From: Planctomycetota bacterium | GTDB lineage: Bacteria; Planctomycetota; Brocadiia; JAADGH01 | Reading direction: 5' to 3' | DNA: 64,000 nucleotides | NCBI GenBank assembly: GCA_040755855.1 | Contig: JBFMAD010000001.1 | Span: forward strand, 320,001 to 384,000 | In this document: piece by piece, positions 46,804 to 56,887 of the stretch | Numbering within the stretch: the first letter of the stretch is position 1 | Layout: the number at the start of each line of letters is the position of its first letter | Made by a program: the position numbers and the translations under genes | Notes under the pieces: model-generated | The model's input: the letters and a program-made list of their open reading frames with translations, nothing else | Told to the model about the DNA's origin: nothing | Databases searched by the model: none

Positions 46804-47840
46804 AAGCCCTTGTGCTCCATGCGCCCGGCCAAGTCAGGATTGATGACGTCGCAAAGCCCGTCCCGGGGCCGACGGACGTCCTCGTCCACGTCCGGGCGTG
46901 CGGGGTGTGCGGGTCGGACCTGGCGCGGGAGGCGGGCGCGGCGCACCACTTCCCCATCATCCTCGGCCATGAGTTTGCCGGGGAGGTAACGGAGGTTGGA
47001 TCCGAAGTCGAACGATGGGCGGCGGGCGCTCGCGTAGTTGCCGTTCCCCTCCTGCCCTGTTTCGCATGTGCGAATTGCAGGGCGGGCCTCTATGCCCTGT
47101 GCGCCGACTACTCCTTCATCGGGTCGCGCCGCGACGGCGGCATGGCGGAGTTCTGCATCGCGCCGGAACGGAATCTGTTCCCCCTGCCCGACAAGCTGGG
47201 CTTCGCCGAGGGTGTGCTGTTCGAGCCGGCGACAGTCACGCTGCACGGCCTGCTCATGCTGCCGAAGCCCGGCAGGTATCGCACCGTAGTCGTCCTGGGC
47301 GTCGGGACCATCGGCGCCTTCGGAATCCAGTGGGCGAGGTCGCTGGGGGCGTCGAAGATCATCGCAGCGGACATCCGCGACGATGCACTGGCCCTCGCTT
47401 CCGCAGTCGGGGCGGCAACGACGATCAATTCGGCAAAGGAGAACGTCGTGGAGATCGTCATGCGGGACACCGACGGCGGGGCGGATCTGGTGATCGAGAC
47501 GGCCGGCGTCCCCGCGTCGCAGACGGTGGCGTGGGAGCTGGCCCGACCGCGCGGGCATGTCCTCCAGGTGGGAACGGCGACGCGTCCGGTGGATTTTCCA
47601 CCCGAAGTGTTCGAGAAGCTCCTCCGCCGCGAGCTGACGGTGCACGGGTCGTGGATGTCCTACTCGATTCCGTTCCCGGGGCGTGAATGGACCATGACGG
47701 CGGAGGCGTTCGTTTCGGGCCGGCTCATCTGGGAGCCGGTCATTTCCCATCGGCTGCTTCTGGGGGAATCCGTTCAGGCCTTTTCTTTGGCCCGCACCTC
47801 TTGTGGAAAGGTGCTGATCGAGATGAAAAATACCGAATAG
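46800..47840 (+). CDS. Zn-dependent polyol(-phosphate) dehydrogenase (galactitol-1-P dehydrogenase-like)
   Basis: CGSD, GHEFAG, C..C..C.......C, GVGTIG and GSWMSYS motifs. Confidence 0.88.
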   Translation: MKALVLHAPGQVRIDDVAKPVPGPTDVLVHVRACGVCGSDLAREAGAAHHFPIILGHEFAGEVTEVGSEVERWAAGARVVAVPLLPCFACANCRAGLYALCADYSFIGSRRDGGMAEFCIAPERNLFPLPDKLGFAEGVLFEPATVTLHGLLMLPKPGRYRTVVVLGVGTIGAFGIQWARSLGASKIIAADIRDDALALASAVGAATTINSAKENVVEIVMRDTDGGADLVIETAGVPASQTVAWELARPRGHVLQVGTATRPVDFPPEVFEKLLRRELTVHGSWMSYSIPFPGREWTMTAEAFVSGRLIWEPVISHRLLLGESVQAFSLARTSCGKVLIEMKNTE

Positions 47841-47918
47841 CCTGGTCCCGGGGTGCGTAGGTATTTCCAATAACATGAAGAACCGCACTGGAATTGCGGA
47901 CGATTTGGAGGGCGCGAC

Positions 47919-48332
47919 ATGAACGGCACTGAAGCCGATCCCGGCGCACAAGTGGTTTTGTGGATCATTCGGATTGCGGGCGCGGCGCTGCTCATCCTGT
48001 CGGCGGTCTGTCACAAGCTCCCGCGCAATCGTCTCGCCGGCATCCGATTTCCCCACACGCTGGCCGACGATGAGATGTGGGGAAAGGTCCATCGGCGCGG
48101 ACGATGGGTATTTTTTGTCCTTGGACTGGCCTGCTTCGTTCCGATCCGATCCTTGCAGGGCCTTATTACCTTCACGATCGGATTTCTTGCCGTGCTTATT
48201 GTATCTACGGTCTATCTGTACGTTTATGCCCGGCGGGAGTATCGCAACAAATTCGGCACAACGAGAGTGGTTTCCATCGGCTTTTGCAAGTTCCGCCCGC
48301 CCACGGAGGAGGAGCTGAAGCAGGACGTCTGA
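47919..48332 (+). CDS. SdpI/YhfL-like membrane protein
   Basis: PRNRLAGIRFPHTLADDEMWGKVHR plus 3 TM helices. Confidence 0.7.
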   Translation: MNGTEADPGAQVVLWIIRIAGAALLILSAVCHKLPRNRLAGIRFPHTLADDEMWGKVHRRGRWVFFVLGLACFVPIRSLQGLITFTIGFLAVLIVSTVYLYVYARREYRNKFGTTRVVSIGFCKFRPPTEEELKQDV

Positions 48333-48410
48333 GAGATCTCCCTGCACCCATTCACGCGTCGCGGGCGATGTGGCTTTGCCTCAGAAAAGTGGAATTCCTC
48401 AGATTTTTCG

Positions 48411-48438
48411 TTGACATTTTCCGCTCCTTTATCATAAT
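48411..48438 (+). promoter_or_regulatory. Putative sigma70 promoter
   Basis: TTGACA-16nt-CATAAT in an AT-rich intergenic region. Confidence 0.55.
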
Positions 48439-48493
48439 CAGTGCTTTCTTATAATCTCTTATTCCCCGGCGAGCTGCGACAAAGGGGAGGATA

Positions 48494-50740
48494 ATGGACG
48501 ACGACCTGCGGTTTGTCTCAGGGTTGCCACTTTTCAAGTCCTTCAGTGGCGAGGCATTAACCGCCCTCTGGGCAAACGCGGAAATCAAGACCTACAATAC
48601 CGGTGGAGTGATCATCCCATTCGGCCAGCCGGGACAGAACCTGGGGGTGATTCTCAGCGGCATGGCCGAGGCGAGTATCTCGGAGGATGGCGGCGAGCGG
48701 CGCAGGCTGGGTCTTATCGAAAGAGGCGGCGTCTTCGGCGAGATGTCTCTCCTCACCGGCGAGCCGACGTCGGCCGATGTCATCGCGGTGGAGCCGTGTC
48801 GCGTAGCGCTGATTTCCCATGACGTATTCTCCCGCTACCTTTCCCAAAGCCCCGCGGCGATTCGATTCCTGGGACGGCTGCTCTCGGAGCGGCTCAAGGC
48901 CCGGCAGGACGACAAGGCCAGTCTCGACCGGCTGGACAGGGCGCGCCGGAGCGTCGCGGACCCGTATGGCCTCCGGCTCGAAAATGTAGATCCGCCCCTC
49001 CGAGTTCTTGTCCTCGACTGCCAGGCCCATGAGGTACGTTGCGCCCTGTTTCACACCGCCAACGCCGCCGGCACGATCCGGGAACGGATTCCCGTTGCCG
49101 GTCAATCGGACCATCGGGCCGCCGTCCGGGAGATCCATCGGCGGCTGCGGACGGCGGGCGCCGGCGCTCCCGTAGATGTGGCGGCCCACCGCGTCTCCTT
49201 CGGCGGCGAACAGTATGCAGAGGCTGTTGTCATAGATGACGCCATGCTGCGCGAAATTGCAGCAACCGAGGACGTGGTTGAGACGAACAACCGGTTCAAT
49301 CGCATCGGGATCGAGGTGGGCCGCGAGATATGGCCCGGGGCGCATCACGTGGCCGTCTTCGACACCGCCTTCCACCACACCATGCCGCCGCACGCCTACC
49401 TCTACGGCATCCCTTACGAACTGTACGAAAAGGACCGGCTGCGCCGCTATGGCTATCACGGCATCTCACACAAATATGCATCGCTGAAGGCGGCTGCGCA
49501 CCTGAAGCGGCCCTATGGGGAGCTGAAGCTCATCACGTGCCACCTCGGCGGGGGGGCGTCAATCTGCGCCATTGACCACGGTCGCGCCGTTGACACGAGC
49601 ATGGGCCTTTCCCCTATCGAGGGGCTTCTGATGGACACGCGGCCCGGCGACCTCGACCCCCTTGTCGTGACGCACCTCGTCGGGAAAAAGCGCCTCTCGT
49701 CGGAAGAGGTCATCCGAATCCTCGAGGAGGAAAGCGGACTGAAAGGCATTTCCGGCATCTCCGGCAACATGATGGAGCTTGAGCAACGGGCGCAGGAAGG
49801 CAACCGCCGCGCCGTGCTGGCCATCAGTGTATTCTGCTATCGGCTTCGAAAATACATCGGGTCGTACTTTGCCGCCCTCGGCGGGCTGGACGCCCTGGTT
49901 TTCACCGGAAGCGTGGGCGTCGAGGCGCAGGAAATCCGATGGCGGGGCTGCCAGGGACTTTCCCATATGGGCATTGTCATTGACGAAGCCCTGAACCGCG
50001 CCCCCCGCTTCGGTCCCGACGACGTAGCCGACATCTCCCAGGACCTCTCCCGCGTGAAGGCGCTCGTCGTCCCCGACGACACGGAGCGCATGATCGCCCG
50101 CGACGCCATTTGGGCCTTGGGATACCAGAGCGTCCAGGAGATCATGCGCAGTCGGAAGAAGCCCATTCCCATCGGCGTGTCGGCCCACCACGTCCACCTG
50201 TCGAGCGAAGACCTGCGACAGCTTCATGGGGAGGGATACGAGCTCACGGTCCACGCCGACCTCATGCAGCCGGGGCAGTTTGCGTGCAAGGAATCGGTCA
50301 CGCTCATCGGCCCACGGGACTCCATCCCGCGTGTGCGTATCCTGGGGCCGGTGCGGTCCACGTCGCAGGTGGAGATATCACGCACGGAGCAGTTCAAGCT
50401 CGGCATAGACGTGCCCATCCGCCAGTCGGGCGATCTCGACGGAACCCCCGGCGTCACGTTGGAAGGCCCCAACGGCCGCGTGAAGCTGCGAGAGGGAGTA
50501 ATATGCGCAGCACGCCACGTCCACATGGCCCCCGAAGACGCCCTGTCCTTCGGCGTGCGCGACGGCGACGTGGTGAGCATTCGCATCGAGGGTGAACGGT
50601 CGCTCACATTCGGCGACGTAATCGTCCGGGTGAACCCGAACTTCGCCCTGGAGATGCACGTGGATACCGACGAGGCCAACGCCGCCATGATCGGACAAGG
50701 GGCCGTCGGCTACCTGGAGAACATTCAGAGGCGGCGGTAG
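48494..50740 (+). CDS. Fusion of cNMP-binding domain, acetate-kinase-like domain and PduL phosphotransacylase
   Basis: FGEMSLLTGEPTSA (cNMP); VFDTAFH, RRYGYHGISH, CHLGGGAS, DTSMG (AckA); SAHHVHLS, RILGPVR, RHVHM, MHVDTDEANA (PduL). Confidence 0.88.
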   Translation: MDDDLRFVSGLPLFKSFSGEALTALWANAEIKTYNTGGVIIPFGQPGQNLGVILSGMAEASISEDGGERRRLGLIERGGVFGEMSLLTGEPTSADVIAVEPCRVALISHDVFSRYLSQSPAAIRFLGRLLSERLKARQDDKASLDRLDRARRSVADPYGLRLENVDPPLRVLVLDCQAHEVRCALFHTANAAGTIRERIPVAGQSDHRAAVREIHRRLRTAGAGAPVDVAAHRVSFGGEQYAEAVVIDDAMLREIAATEDVVETNNRFNRIGIEVGREIWPGAHHVAVFDTAFHHTMPPHAYLYGIPYELYEKDRLRRYGYHGISHKYASLKAAAHLKRPYGELKLITCHLGGGASICAIDHGRAVDTSMGLSPIEGLLMDTRPGDLDPLVVTHLVGKKRLSSEEVIRILEEESGLKGISGISGNMMELEQRAQEGNRRAVLAISVFCYRLRKYIGSYFAALGGLDALVFTGSVGVEAQEIRWRGCQGLSHMGIVIDEALNRAPRFGPDDVADISQDLSRVKALVVPDDTERMIARDAIWALGYQSVQEIMRSRKKPIPIGVSAHHVHLSSEDLRQLHGEGYELTVHADLMQPGQFACKESVTLIGPRDSIPRVRILGPVRSTSQVEISRTEQFKLGIDVPIRQSGDLDGTPGVTLEGPNGRVKLREGVICAARHVHMAPEDALSFGVRDGDVVSIRIEGERSLTFGDVIVRVNPNFALEMHVDTDEANAAMIGQGAVGYLENIQRRR

Positions 50741-50757
50741 CGCCGCGGCGATCTGTT

Positions 50758-50988
50758 CTATTCCAGGATCAGGTTGGTGGCGGTGCGCGCGATGCCCTTG
50801 ACCTTTCGGAGCGTGCTGACGATCATCTTCAGCAGGGCGTCGTGGGTCCGGCCCTCAACCAAGGCAATGATGTCCTGCTCGCCGGCGGTGATGTCGGCGG
50901 TCTTCACGCCTTTCATCTTCCGCAGTTTGGCGAGGATATCTTTCTCCTTGCCGGATTCCACCCAGATTTTCAGATACGCCTTCGCCAT
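50758..50988 (-). CDS. Stand-alone Lrp/AsnC ligand-binding domain protein
   Basis: MAKAYLKI..GKE...GEQDIIA...GIARTAT; no HTH; AGGAGG RBS. Confidence 0.8.
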   Translation of the reverse strand: MAKAYLKIWVESGKEKDILAKLRKMKGVKTADITAGEQDIIALVEGRTHDALLKMIVSTLRKVKGIARTATNLILE

Positions 50989-51003
50989 GGCTACCCTCCT
51001 TAT

Positions 51004-52209
51004 TCAGCCTTCTTTCCTGACTTTCTCCACGGCCTCGATCAGCGCGGCGCAGAGGTACTCGTTCTGCTCCGTCGTCATCGTCGGATGCACGGGGGGGCAG
51101 AAGAGGCGCTTGCCCAGCTCGTCCGAAAGCGGGCACTGCTGCCCGGCGGTGTGCTGCCGGAGGAACGGGACGGAATCGTAAACCGGCGGGTTGGCGATGC
51201 AGAGCCGGATGTTGTATTCCTCCAGCATGATCTTGCAGAGCATGTCGCGCTTCTCGCCCGCCCAACTCTTGGGAACGAGGATGGTATAGAGGTAATACGT
51301 GTGCCAGCAGCCCTTCGGCTCGATGGGCAGTTCAAGCTCCGGCACGCCGGCGAGCAGTTTGTTCCGTTCGTGGGCGACGCGCCTGCGGCCTTCGAGCATC
51401 TCGTCCAGCTTCTTTAGTTGGACCATCCCGACCGCAGCCTGGACCTTTGTCATCTTGTAATTCGTCCCCCAGCCGATGCCGCCGCCGAACTGCCGGAGGG
51501 CGCGGCATTTCTTGGCGACCTCGGGATCGTCAGTGGTCACCGCCCCGCCCTCGCCGAGCGTCGTCATGTTCTTCTGCGTGTGGAAACTGAAGACGGTCAT
51601 CCATCCCTTCTTGCCGATCTTTGTGCCCTTGTACCCGCCGCCGCAGGCGCGGGCGGCGTCGCCGATCACCTTCAGGGGACCGTGCTTCGGGTGGGGATGC
51701 TTCTCCGCGATCTCCAGATAATCGTCCATCGGCGCGGAGAGGCCGTTCATGTGGGTGGGATAGATGGCCCGCGTGCGCTTCGTGAGCTTTCGCTCCACGT
51801 CGTTCGGATCGAGCTGGAACGTCTTCGGGTCCACCTCTCCCCAGATGACCTGGCCGCCCTGCCCGGCGACGGACATTGCCGAGGCCTTGAAGTTGATGGC
51901 CGGGACGATGACCTCATCGCCCCGCTTGAGGTCAAGGCACATCATGGCCATGTCGAGGCCCGTGCCCGCGCCGTTGATCGAGACGGAGTCGGCTGTGCCG
52001 CAATACTCGGCGAAGGCCTTTTCAAAGTTCGTGATCTCGGGGCAGATGAAGCCGAAGCCGACTTTCCAGTCCATGGACTCGCGGATGGTCTTGACAACGA
52101 CGTCAATCTCCTCCTTGCCATAGTACCCGCCGAGCAGGGGTTCGCCCGGCCATGTGACGTCCGGTTTGCCCTGGGACAGGATTTCCTTCCGACGTTTCTT
52201 CGCGATCAC
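51004..52209 (-). CDS. DegT/DnrJ/EryC1/StrS PLP aminotransferase
   Basis: GDEVIVP, DAARA, FSFHTQKNMTTLGEGG and NYKMT motifs; GTG start after AAGGAGG overlapping the upstream stop. Confidence 0.88.
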   Translation of the reverse strand: MIAKKRRKEILSQGKPDVTWPGEPLLGGYYGKEEIDVVVKTIRESMDWKVGFGFICPEITNFEKAFAEYCGTADSVSINGAGTGLDMAMMCLDLKRGDEVIVPAINFKASAMSVAGQGGQVIWGEVDPKTFQLDPNDVERKLTKRTRAIYPTHMNGLSAPMDDYLEIAEKHPHPKHGPLKVIGDAARACGGGYKGTKIGKKGWMTVFSFHTQKNMTTLGEGGAVTTDDPEVAKKCRALRQFGGGIGWGTNYKMTKVQAAVGMVQLKKLDEMLEGRRRVAHERNKLLAGVPELELPIEPKGCWHTYYLYTILVPKSWAGEKRDMLCKIMLEEYNIRLCIANPPVYDSVPFLRQHTAGQQCPLSDELGKRLFCPPVHPTMTTEQNEYLCAALIEAVEKVRKEG

Positions 52210-52913
52210 AACGACCCTCCTTCTTTTTCGGGTTGATTCGCGACGGTTGCGCTGATCTGCCCATTCGGCCGACAGACCGTCATCATCCACGGCACCATTC
52301 CCTTCGCCACGTCCTGCCGCTCGACGGCGAAGCCCAAGCCCTCGAAAAACACCTTGAGTTTGTTTTTGCAGAAATGGTGCACCTGGAATTTCTCGTAGGT
52401 CTGAATGACCACACAGTGCATGAAGAACCCCCACGCGGAGTTGATGTAGCTGTCCACGAAGATCAACTTTCCGTCCGGTTTGAGAACGCGACGGAACTCC
52501 TTGGCTGCGGCAGCCTGGTCGGGATAGTGATGGAATGAGTGGCAGCAGGTCAGGTAGTCGAAGGATGCGTCGTCAAAGGGCAGGCGCTCCGCGGCGTTGG
52601 CCACCTGGAAGTGGAACTGGTCCCTCCCATCCGTGTTTTTCTGGGCCACCTGGATCATGCCCGGCGTAATGTCCACCCCGAAAAGGGATGCCTTTGCGAA
52701 TTTTTCGGAGGTTTTTCGCAGCAGCTTGCCCGTGCCGCAGCCGACGTCGAGCATGTGAAACGCCTCGTCCGGTTTTCGCAGGGAAAGCAGCTCCCGGATG
52801 ATATGGTCTTCGGTGGGAATGAATAGATGGCGTTGGAAGAAACCCTCCTCGTCGTATGTCTCGCTCCATCTGTCGAATTCGTTGACCGCCTGCTTCTTGA
52901 ATTTTTCAGACAT
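52206..52913 (-). CDS. Class I SAM-dependent methyltransferase
   Basis: LDVGCGTG, LPFDDASFD, SFHHY and RVLKPDG motifs. Confidence 0.9.
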   Translation of the reverse strand: MSEKFKKQAVNEFDRWSETYDEEGFFQRHLFIPTEDHIIRELLSLRKPDEAFHMLDVGCGTGKLLRKTSEKFAKASLFGVDITPGMIQVAQKNTDGRDQFHFQVANAAERLPFDDASFDYLTCCHSFHHYPDQAAAAKEFRRVLKPDGKLIFVDSYINSAWGFFMHCVVIQTYEKFQVHHFCKNKLKVFFEGLGFAVERQDVAKGMVPWMMTVCRPNGQISATVANQPEKEGGSL

Positions 52914-52980
52914 GCTGCGCTTTCTATTTCTTGCGGAATTGCGTAGATGAAGCGTTCCTATTCGCCGCGCCGTGCTTCTT

Positions 52981-53009
52981 TTCTTACCATCTTCGCCCGG
53001 TCATGTCAA
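52981..53009 (-). promoter_or_regulatory. Putative sigma70 promoter
   Basis: TTGACA-17nt-TAAGAA with extended TG. Confidence 0.45.
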
Positions 53010-53049
53010 TAGCCGCACGCGGGCAAGTATTGCGTATTTTCCCTGGATC

Positions 53050-53092
53050 AAAAAACAGGAGACCAGGCAGGGACAGCGCCCTGCCTGGTCTC
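53050..53092 (-). terminator. Rho-independent terminator
   Basis: 14-bp perfect stem GAGACCAGGCAGGG/CCCTGCCTGGTCTC, 6-nt loop, T-tract on the minus strand after the NagB-like gene. Confidence 0.8.
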
Positions 53093-53123
53093 ACTCGATG
53101 CAACTCGGGATCGAGCGCAACCG

Positions 53124-54074
53124 TCAATTGCATTCCGCGACCAGCGGACCGGCCAGTTCCTTCAGGAAGAACAGCCGCCCGGACAGCGTCGGCATGAAGC
53201 TGGCCGGGATCCATGGGCTGGGACCGTACCGCAGCGTAGTCCAGAGCGACACCCCCTGCCACTGCATCCCACGGCCGAGCGTCCCGTCGCACCCGCCAAT
53301 GATCTTGTCGGCCTTCAGGAACAGACCCGGGCCGATCGTGTTGGCATAGGCCGGCACGAGCGTCGTCCGGCTCTTGAAGCTGGTAATGGCGTTTTGCTCG
53401 ATGGTGAGCGGATGCAGCCTCGCGCCGATGCGGTGCGTCGGCTTCTTCCAGTCGGCGACGGATTTGAACTCCGCCGCGAAGTGCGGCTCCCAGAAGGCGA
53501 TGTGGAAGACGCGCCCGATGCCGAAGATGACGACCAGCTTCGCCCCTTTCTTCTTCAACGCGGCGATCTTCTTCCCGTAGGTCGGCAGCATCTTCTTCGT
53601 GGCGAAGTGGCGCTGGCTTTTCGGCACGGTCAGCTTGCCGAGCGGGCCATAGAAGGCGGCTTCCATCGCGTTCTGGAACGCGCCGGGGTTGGAGGGCGGC
53701 AGCGTGTTGCCCTTCGCATCGCTCCACTCGTCCATGTTGAATCCATAGACGTGCTTGCAGCTTACTTTCCATTGGTTCAGGAAATAGACCGCCCACTTAT
53801 ACATCCCCATGGGGCCGACGGGCAGGATCAGGATGATCTTCCGCCGTTGCTTGTGCGCCATCAGGATTTCCATCGCGATCTCGTGGCCCATGAACGTGTC
53901 GAAGTCGCTCAGGGATTCGCACGGGACCGGCTCGAAATTCTTGTTCCACCACGGCTGCCGCTTGGTGATGTCCGCCGGCTTGTTTGAGCAGCACTTGTCA
54001 ATCTTCCTAAGGTCCCATCCCTTCGGAAAAAAGCCCTCCAACAACGAACCCTTGATTGTGCTCAACAGGTTCAT
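53124..54074 (-). CDS. Glucosamine-6-phosphate isomerase/deaminase-like protein (NagB fold)
   Basis: [25 protein letters not shown] and TIGP motifs; GGGAAGGAGG RBS. Confidence 0.78.
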   Translation of the reverse strand: MNLLSTIKGSLLEGFFPKGWDLRKIDKCCSNKPADITKRQPWWNKNFEPVPCESLSDFDTFMGHEIAMEILMAHKQRRKIILILPVGPMGMYKWAVYFLNQWKVSCKHVYGFNMDEWSDAKGNTLPPSNPGAFQNAMEAAFYGPLGKLTVPKSQRHFATKKMLPTYGKKIAALKKKGAKLVVIFGIGRVFHIAFWEPHFAAEFKSVADWKKPTHRIGARLHPLTIEQNAITSFKSRTTLVPAYANTIGPGLFLKADKIIGGCDGTLGRGMQWQGVSLWTTLRYGPSPWIPASFMPTLSGRLFFLKELAGPLVAECN

Positions 54075-54336
54075 CTCTTCCCTCCTTCCCAAATCGAACA
54101 AGATATCTGAATGTGGACAGACGCAGGTCGCCCCGATGGGAAGGGTACTCTCTCCGCGGAGAGGATGCAACAAAAAAATCCCGCCAGACGTAATGATCCC
54201 ATCCGATTCGTCCCGCCCACTTGCCTTTGCATGAGCGATCTGGTTAAATGGCAGAGCACGAGAATGGCGGTCAGGGCGACGAGGTCCCGTACCACTTCAG
54301 CTTGCACGAATAACTCAAACAGGGGAGGGAGGCAAG

Positions 54337-55926
54337 ATGCGCAAGTTCCATCGTCTCATGTCCATGTTCCTTCTCGCGGGGTGCGCCATGAGTCCGAAAC
54401 AGCCGACGTTGGAGCGGGGGCATGTGGTGTTCGAGACCGGTTTCGAGGGGGCCGAGGCGCTCAAGGGCTGGTCCGGTGGCGGCGCGCTTGCGCCGGGCTA
54501 TCAGGGCGGCCAGTCGCTCTGCATCGAGCAGCCGGCGGGCGAGCTGCACGGATCGGTCATTGCAAAAATACCTCTGCCGGTGAAGGATGTGCGCGGCTAC
54601 CTGCTCTACTTCTCGGGAATGGTAAAGGCCGAGAACGTGAGCGAGAAACCGAAGCCCTGGAATGGCATCAAGTTCATGGTCCCCATCGTTGCGAAGGACA
54701 GCAGGCACTGGCCCCAGGGCCAGATTGATGTCGGATCATTCGACTGGACGCGGGTCGTGTTTCCGGTGCGCGTGCCCGACGATGCGACGGAGATGTCGCT
54801 CTGCCTCGGCCTGGAGTCCGTGACGGGAAAGGTCTGGTTCGACGACATCAAGGTCACCGTCCGCAAACCGCCCTTCGTCCCCAAGCCCAGACTCGTTCTT
54901 GGTCCGCCGTACAAAGGGCACGATCTGCCCCGGCTCCGCGGCGCGATGGTGAGTCCCCGCATTGACGAAGATGGTCTCCGCCTCTTTGGCAAGGACTGGA
55001 ACGCAAACCTCATCCGGTGGCAACTCGTCCGGAGCGGGTTCAAGGGCGACCCGCTCGACCTGGCGGCCTATGACTCCTGGCTGGAGGGGGAACTCAAGAA
55101 GCTCGACGCCGCCCTGCCGCTCTGCGACAAATACGGGATCATGGTGGTTATCGACCTCCACTCCCCGCCCGGCGGCAAGCGAACATCGGGAGGGTACGCC
55201 GGCTCGGACGCCGGGCTGTTCGACAACGCCCTGTGCCAGAAAAAGTTCATTGAGGTCTGGGAGCGCATGGCGCGGCGATACAAGAACGCCCGGCCGGTGT
55301 GGGGCTACGATCTCGCCAACGAACCGATCGAGAACGTCGTCGCCGAGGGCCTCGACGACTGGCAGGAGCTGGCCGAGCGCGCCGCCAGGGCGATCCGCGC
55401 CATTGATCCCGACCGGACGATCATCGTCGAGCCCCCCGATGGGGGCAATCCGTACGGCCTCAGGCGGTTCCGGCCCATTGACGCGCCCAACGTGGTCTAT
55501 AGCGTCCACATGTATCTCCCGCACGCCTTCACGCACCAGGGCGTCCATGACAACTGGCAGAAGAAGTATGTCTATCCCGGCGAGATTGATGGGAAGATGT
55601 GGGACAAGGCGCAGCTCGAGGCCGCGCTCAAGCCGGCCGTTGACTTCCAAAAAATGTACGGAGTACATATTTACATCGGCGAGTTCAGCGCCATCCGATG
55701 GGCGCCCGACGGCAGCGCATGCCGGTATCTGCGGGATTGCATTGACATCTTCGAGAAGCACGGATGGGACTGGACCTACCACGCATTCCGCGAGTGGAGC
55801 GGCTGGAGCGTGGAACACGGCGCCGACCGCAAGGACACCAATCCCGTCACCGAGCCGACGGACCGGCAGAGGCTGTTATGCGAGTGGTTTGCCAAGAACA
55901 AGAAACCCGGTCAGGCAGCGCAATGA
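54337..55926 (+). CDS. GH5 (cellulase family) glycoside hydrolase lipoprotein with N-terminal CBM-like domain
   Basis: Lipobox LAGC; VIDLH, YDLANEP, YSVHMY, YIGEF and WTYH motifs. Confidence 0.9.
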   Translation: MRKFHRLMSMFLLAGCAMSPKQPTLERGHVVFETGFEGAEALKGWSGGGALAPGYQGGQSLCIEQPAGELHGSVIAKIPLPVKDVRGYLLYFSGMVKAENVSEKPKPWNGIKFMVPIVAKDSRHWPQGQIDVGSFDWTRVVFPVRVPDDATEMSLCLGLESVTGKVWFDDIKVTVRKPPFVPKPRLVLGPPYKGHDLPRLRGAMVSPRIDEDGLRLFGKDWNANLIRWQLVRSGFKGDPLDLAAYDSWLEGELKKLDAALPLCDKYGIMVVIDLHSPPGGKRTSGGYAGSDAGLFDNALCQKKFIEVWERMARRYKNARPVWGYDLANEPIENVVAEGLDDWQELAERAARAIRAIDPDRTIIVEPPDGGNPYGLRRFRPIDAPNVVYSVHMYLPHAFTHQGVHDNWQKKYVYPGEIDGKMWDKAQLEAALKPAVDFQKMYGVHIYIGEFSAIRWAPDGSACRYLRDCIDIFEKHGWDWTYHAFREWSGWSVEHGADRKDTNPVTEPTDRQRLLCEWFAKNKKPGQAAQ

Positions 55927-55952
55927 GTCATGCCGCGGCGTGAGGCGCTTGG

Positions 55953-56816
55953 CTACCGGCGCGGCGGGACGTCGGTCGCCTTCCGCACGCATCGGAAGCC
56001 GTAGGCGTCGTAGCCGAAGCAGACGTCGGCCAGGCCGGGCGGCTCGCTGTATCGAGCCGAGGAGCGGCAGCTCTCGGGACCGACGTTCCACCCGCCGCCC
56101 CGCAGGACGCGCTCCTCCCCCGCGGCGGGTCCGGTGGGATTCTCGCTCGCCTTCGGATCGTAGGCGTCCGAGTAGATGTCGTTGCACCATTCCCAGACGT
56201 TGCCGTGCATGTCGTACAGCCCCCAGGGATTGGGGGTTTTCTGGCCTGCGGGATGGGACGTCTTGTTCGCGTTGTCCTTGAACCATGCGTGCATCGTCAG
56301 CTTGCCCGGGTCGCTCCCGAAGGAAAACTCCGTCGCGGTTCCCGCCCGGCAGGCGTACTCCCACTCGGCCTCCGTCGGCAGGCGGTACCCGTTCGCGTCG
56401 AAATTGCACTTCCCCGTCTTCTCGTCGTAGCACGGCTCCAGGCCATCGCGGCGCGAGCGCATGTTGCAGTATCGAATCGCCCCCAGCCAGCCGAGTTGCT
56501 CGACGGGGCTGTCCGGCCCCTTGTGCTTGGACGGGTTTTTGCCCATGAGATCCTCGTAGGACTTTTGCGTCACCTCGCGGGCATCAATGTAAAACGCGCC
56601 GACCTTGACCTTGTGCGCGGGCTTCTCGTCGTCCTCGCCGCTGTCGTCGCCCATGATAAATTCTCCGGCGGGAACAAGGACCATCCCGGCTTGGGTCGTT
56701 GCCGTGCCTGCCTTCGGCTCGGGGGGCTTCGGCGCGCCGTCGCCCTTCGGGCTGGACTCCCTGCCGCACCCGGCGATCAGGAACACGCACAACACACACA
56801 CGATGTGACTTCGCAT
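55953..56816 (-). CDS. FGE-sulfatase (SUMF1/PvdO-like) domain lipoprotein
   Basis: Lipobox IAGC; RLPTEAEWEYACRAG, NPWGLYDMHGNVWEW, RGGGW and GFRC motifs. Confidence 0.9.
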   Translation of the reverse strand: MRSHIVCVLCVFLIAGCGRESSPKGDGAPKPPEPKAGTATTQAGMVLVPAGEFIMGDDSGEDDEKPAHKVKVGAFYIDAREVTQKSYEDLMGKNPSKHKGPDSPVEQLGWLGAIRYCNMRSRRDGLEPCYDEKTGKCNFDANGYRLPTEAEWEYACRAGTATEFSFGSDPGKLTMHAWFKDNANKTSHPAGQKTPNPWGLYDMHGNVWEWCNDIYSDAYDPKASENPTGPAAGEERVLRGGGWNVGPESCRSSARYSEPPGLADVCFGYDAYGFRCVRKATDVPPRR

Positions 56817-56887
56817 TACTCATACCTCCATCGGCCAGGAACATGGGGGTGCCGCTCACTCCGCCCGCCCAATCCACGTCGCGCGGC

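Noticed and set aside
50160..50740. Bacterial microcompartment locus
   Set aside because: PduL domain present but no shell, aldehyde dehydrogenase or signature enzyme genes nearby
55953..56816. True formylglycine-generating enzyme maturing the sulfatase
   Set aside because: Lacks the catalytic Cys pair after RGG (reads RGGGWNVGPESCRS), is a lipoprotein, and is 32 kb from the sulfatase
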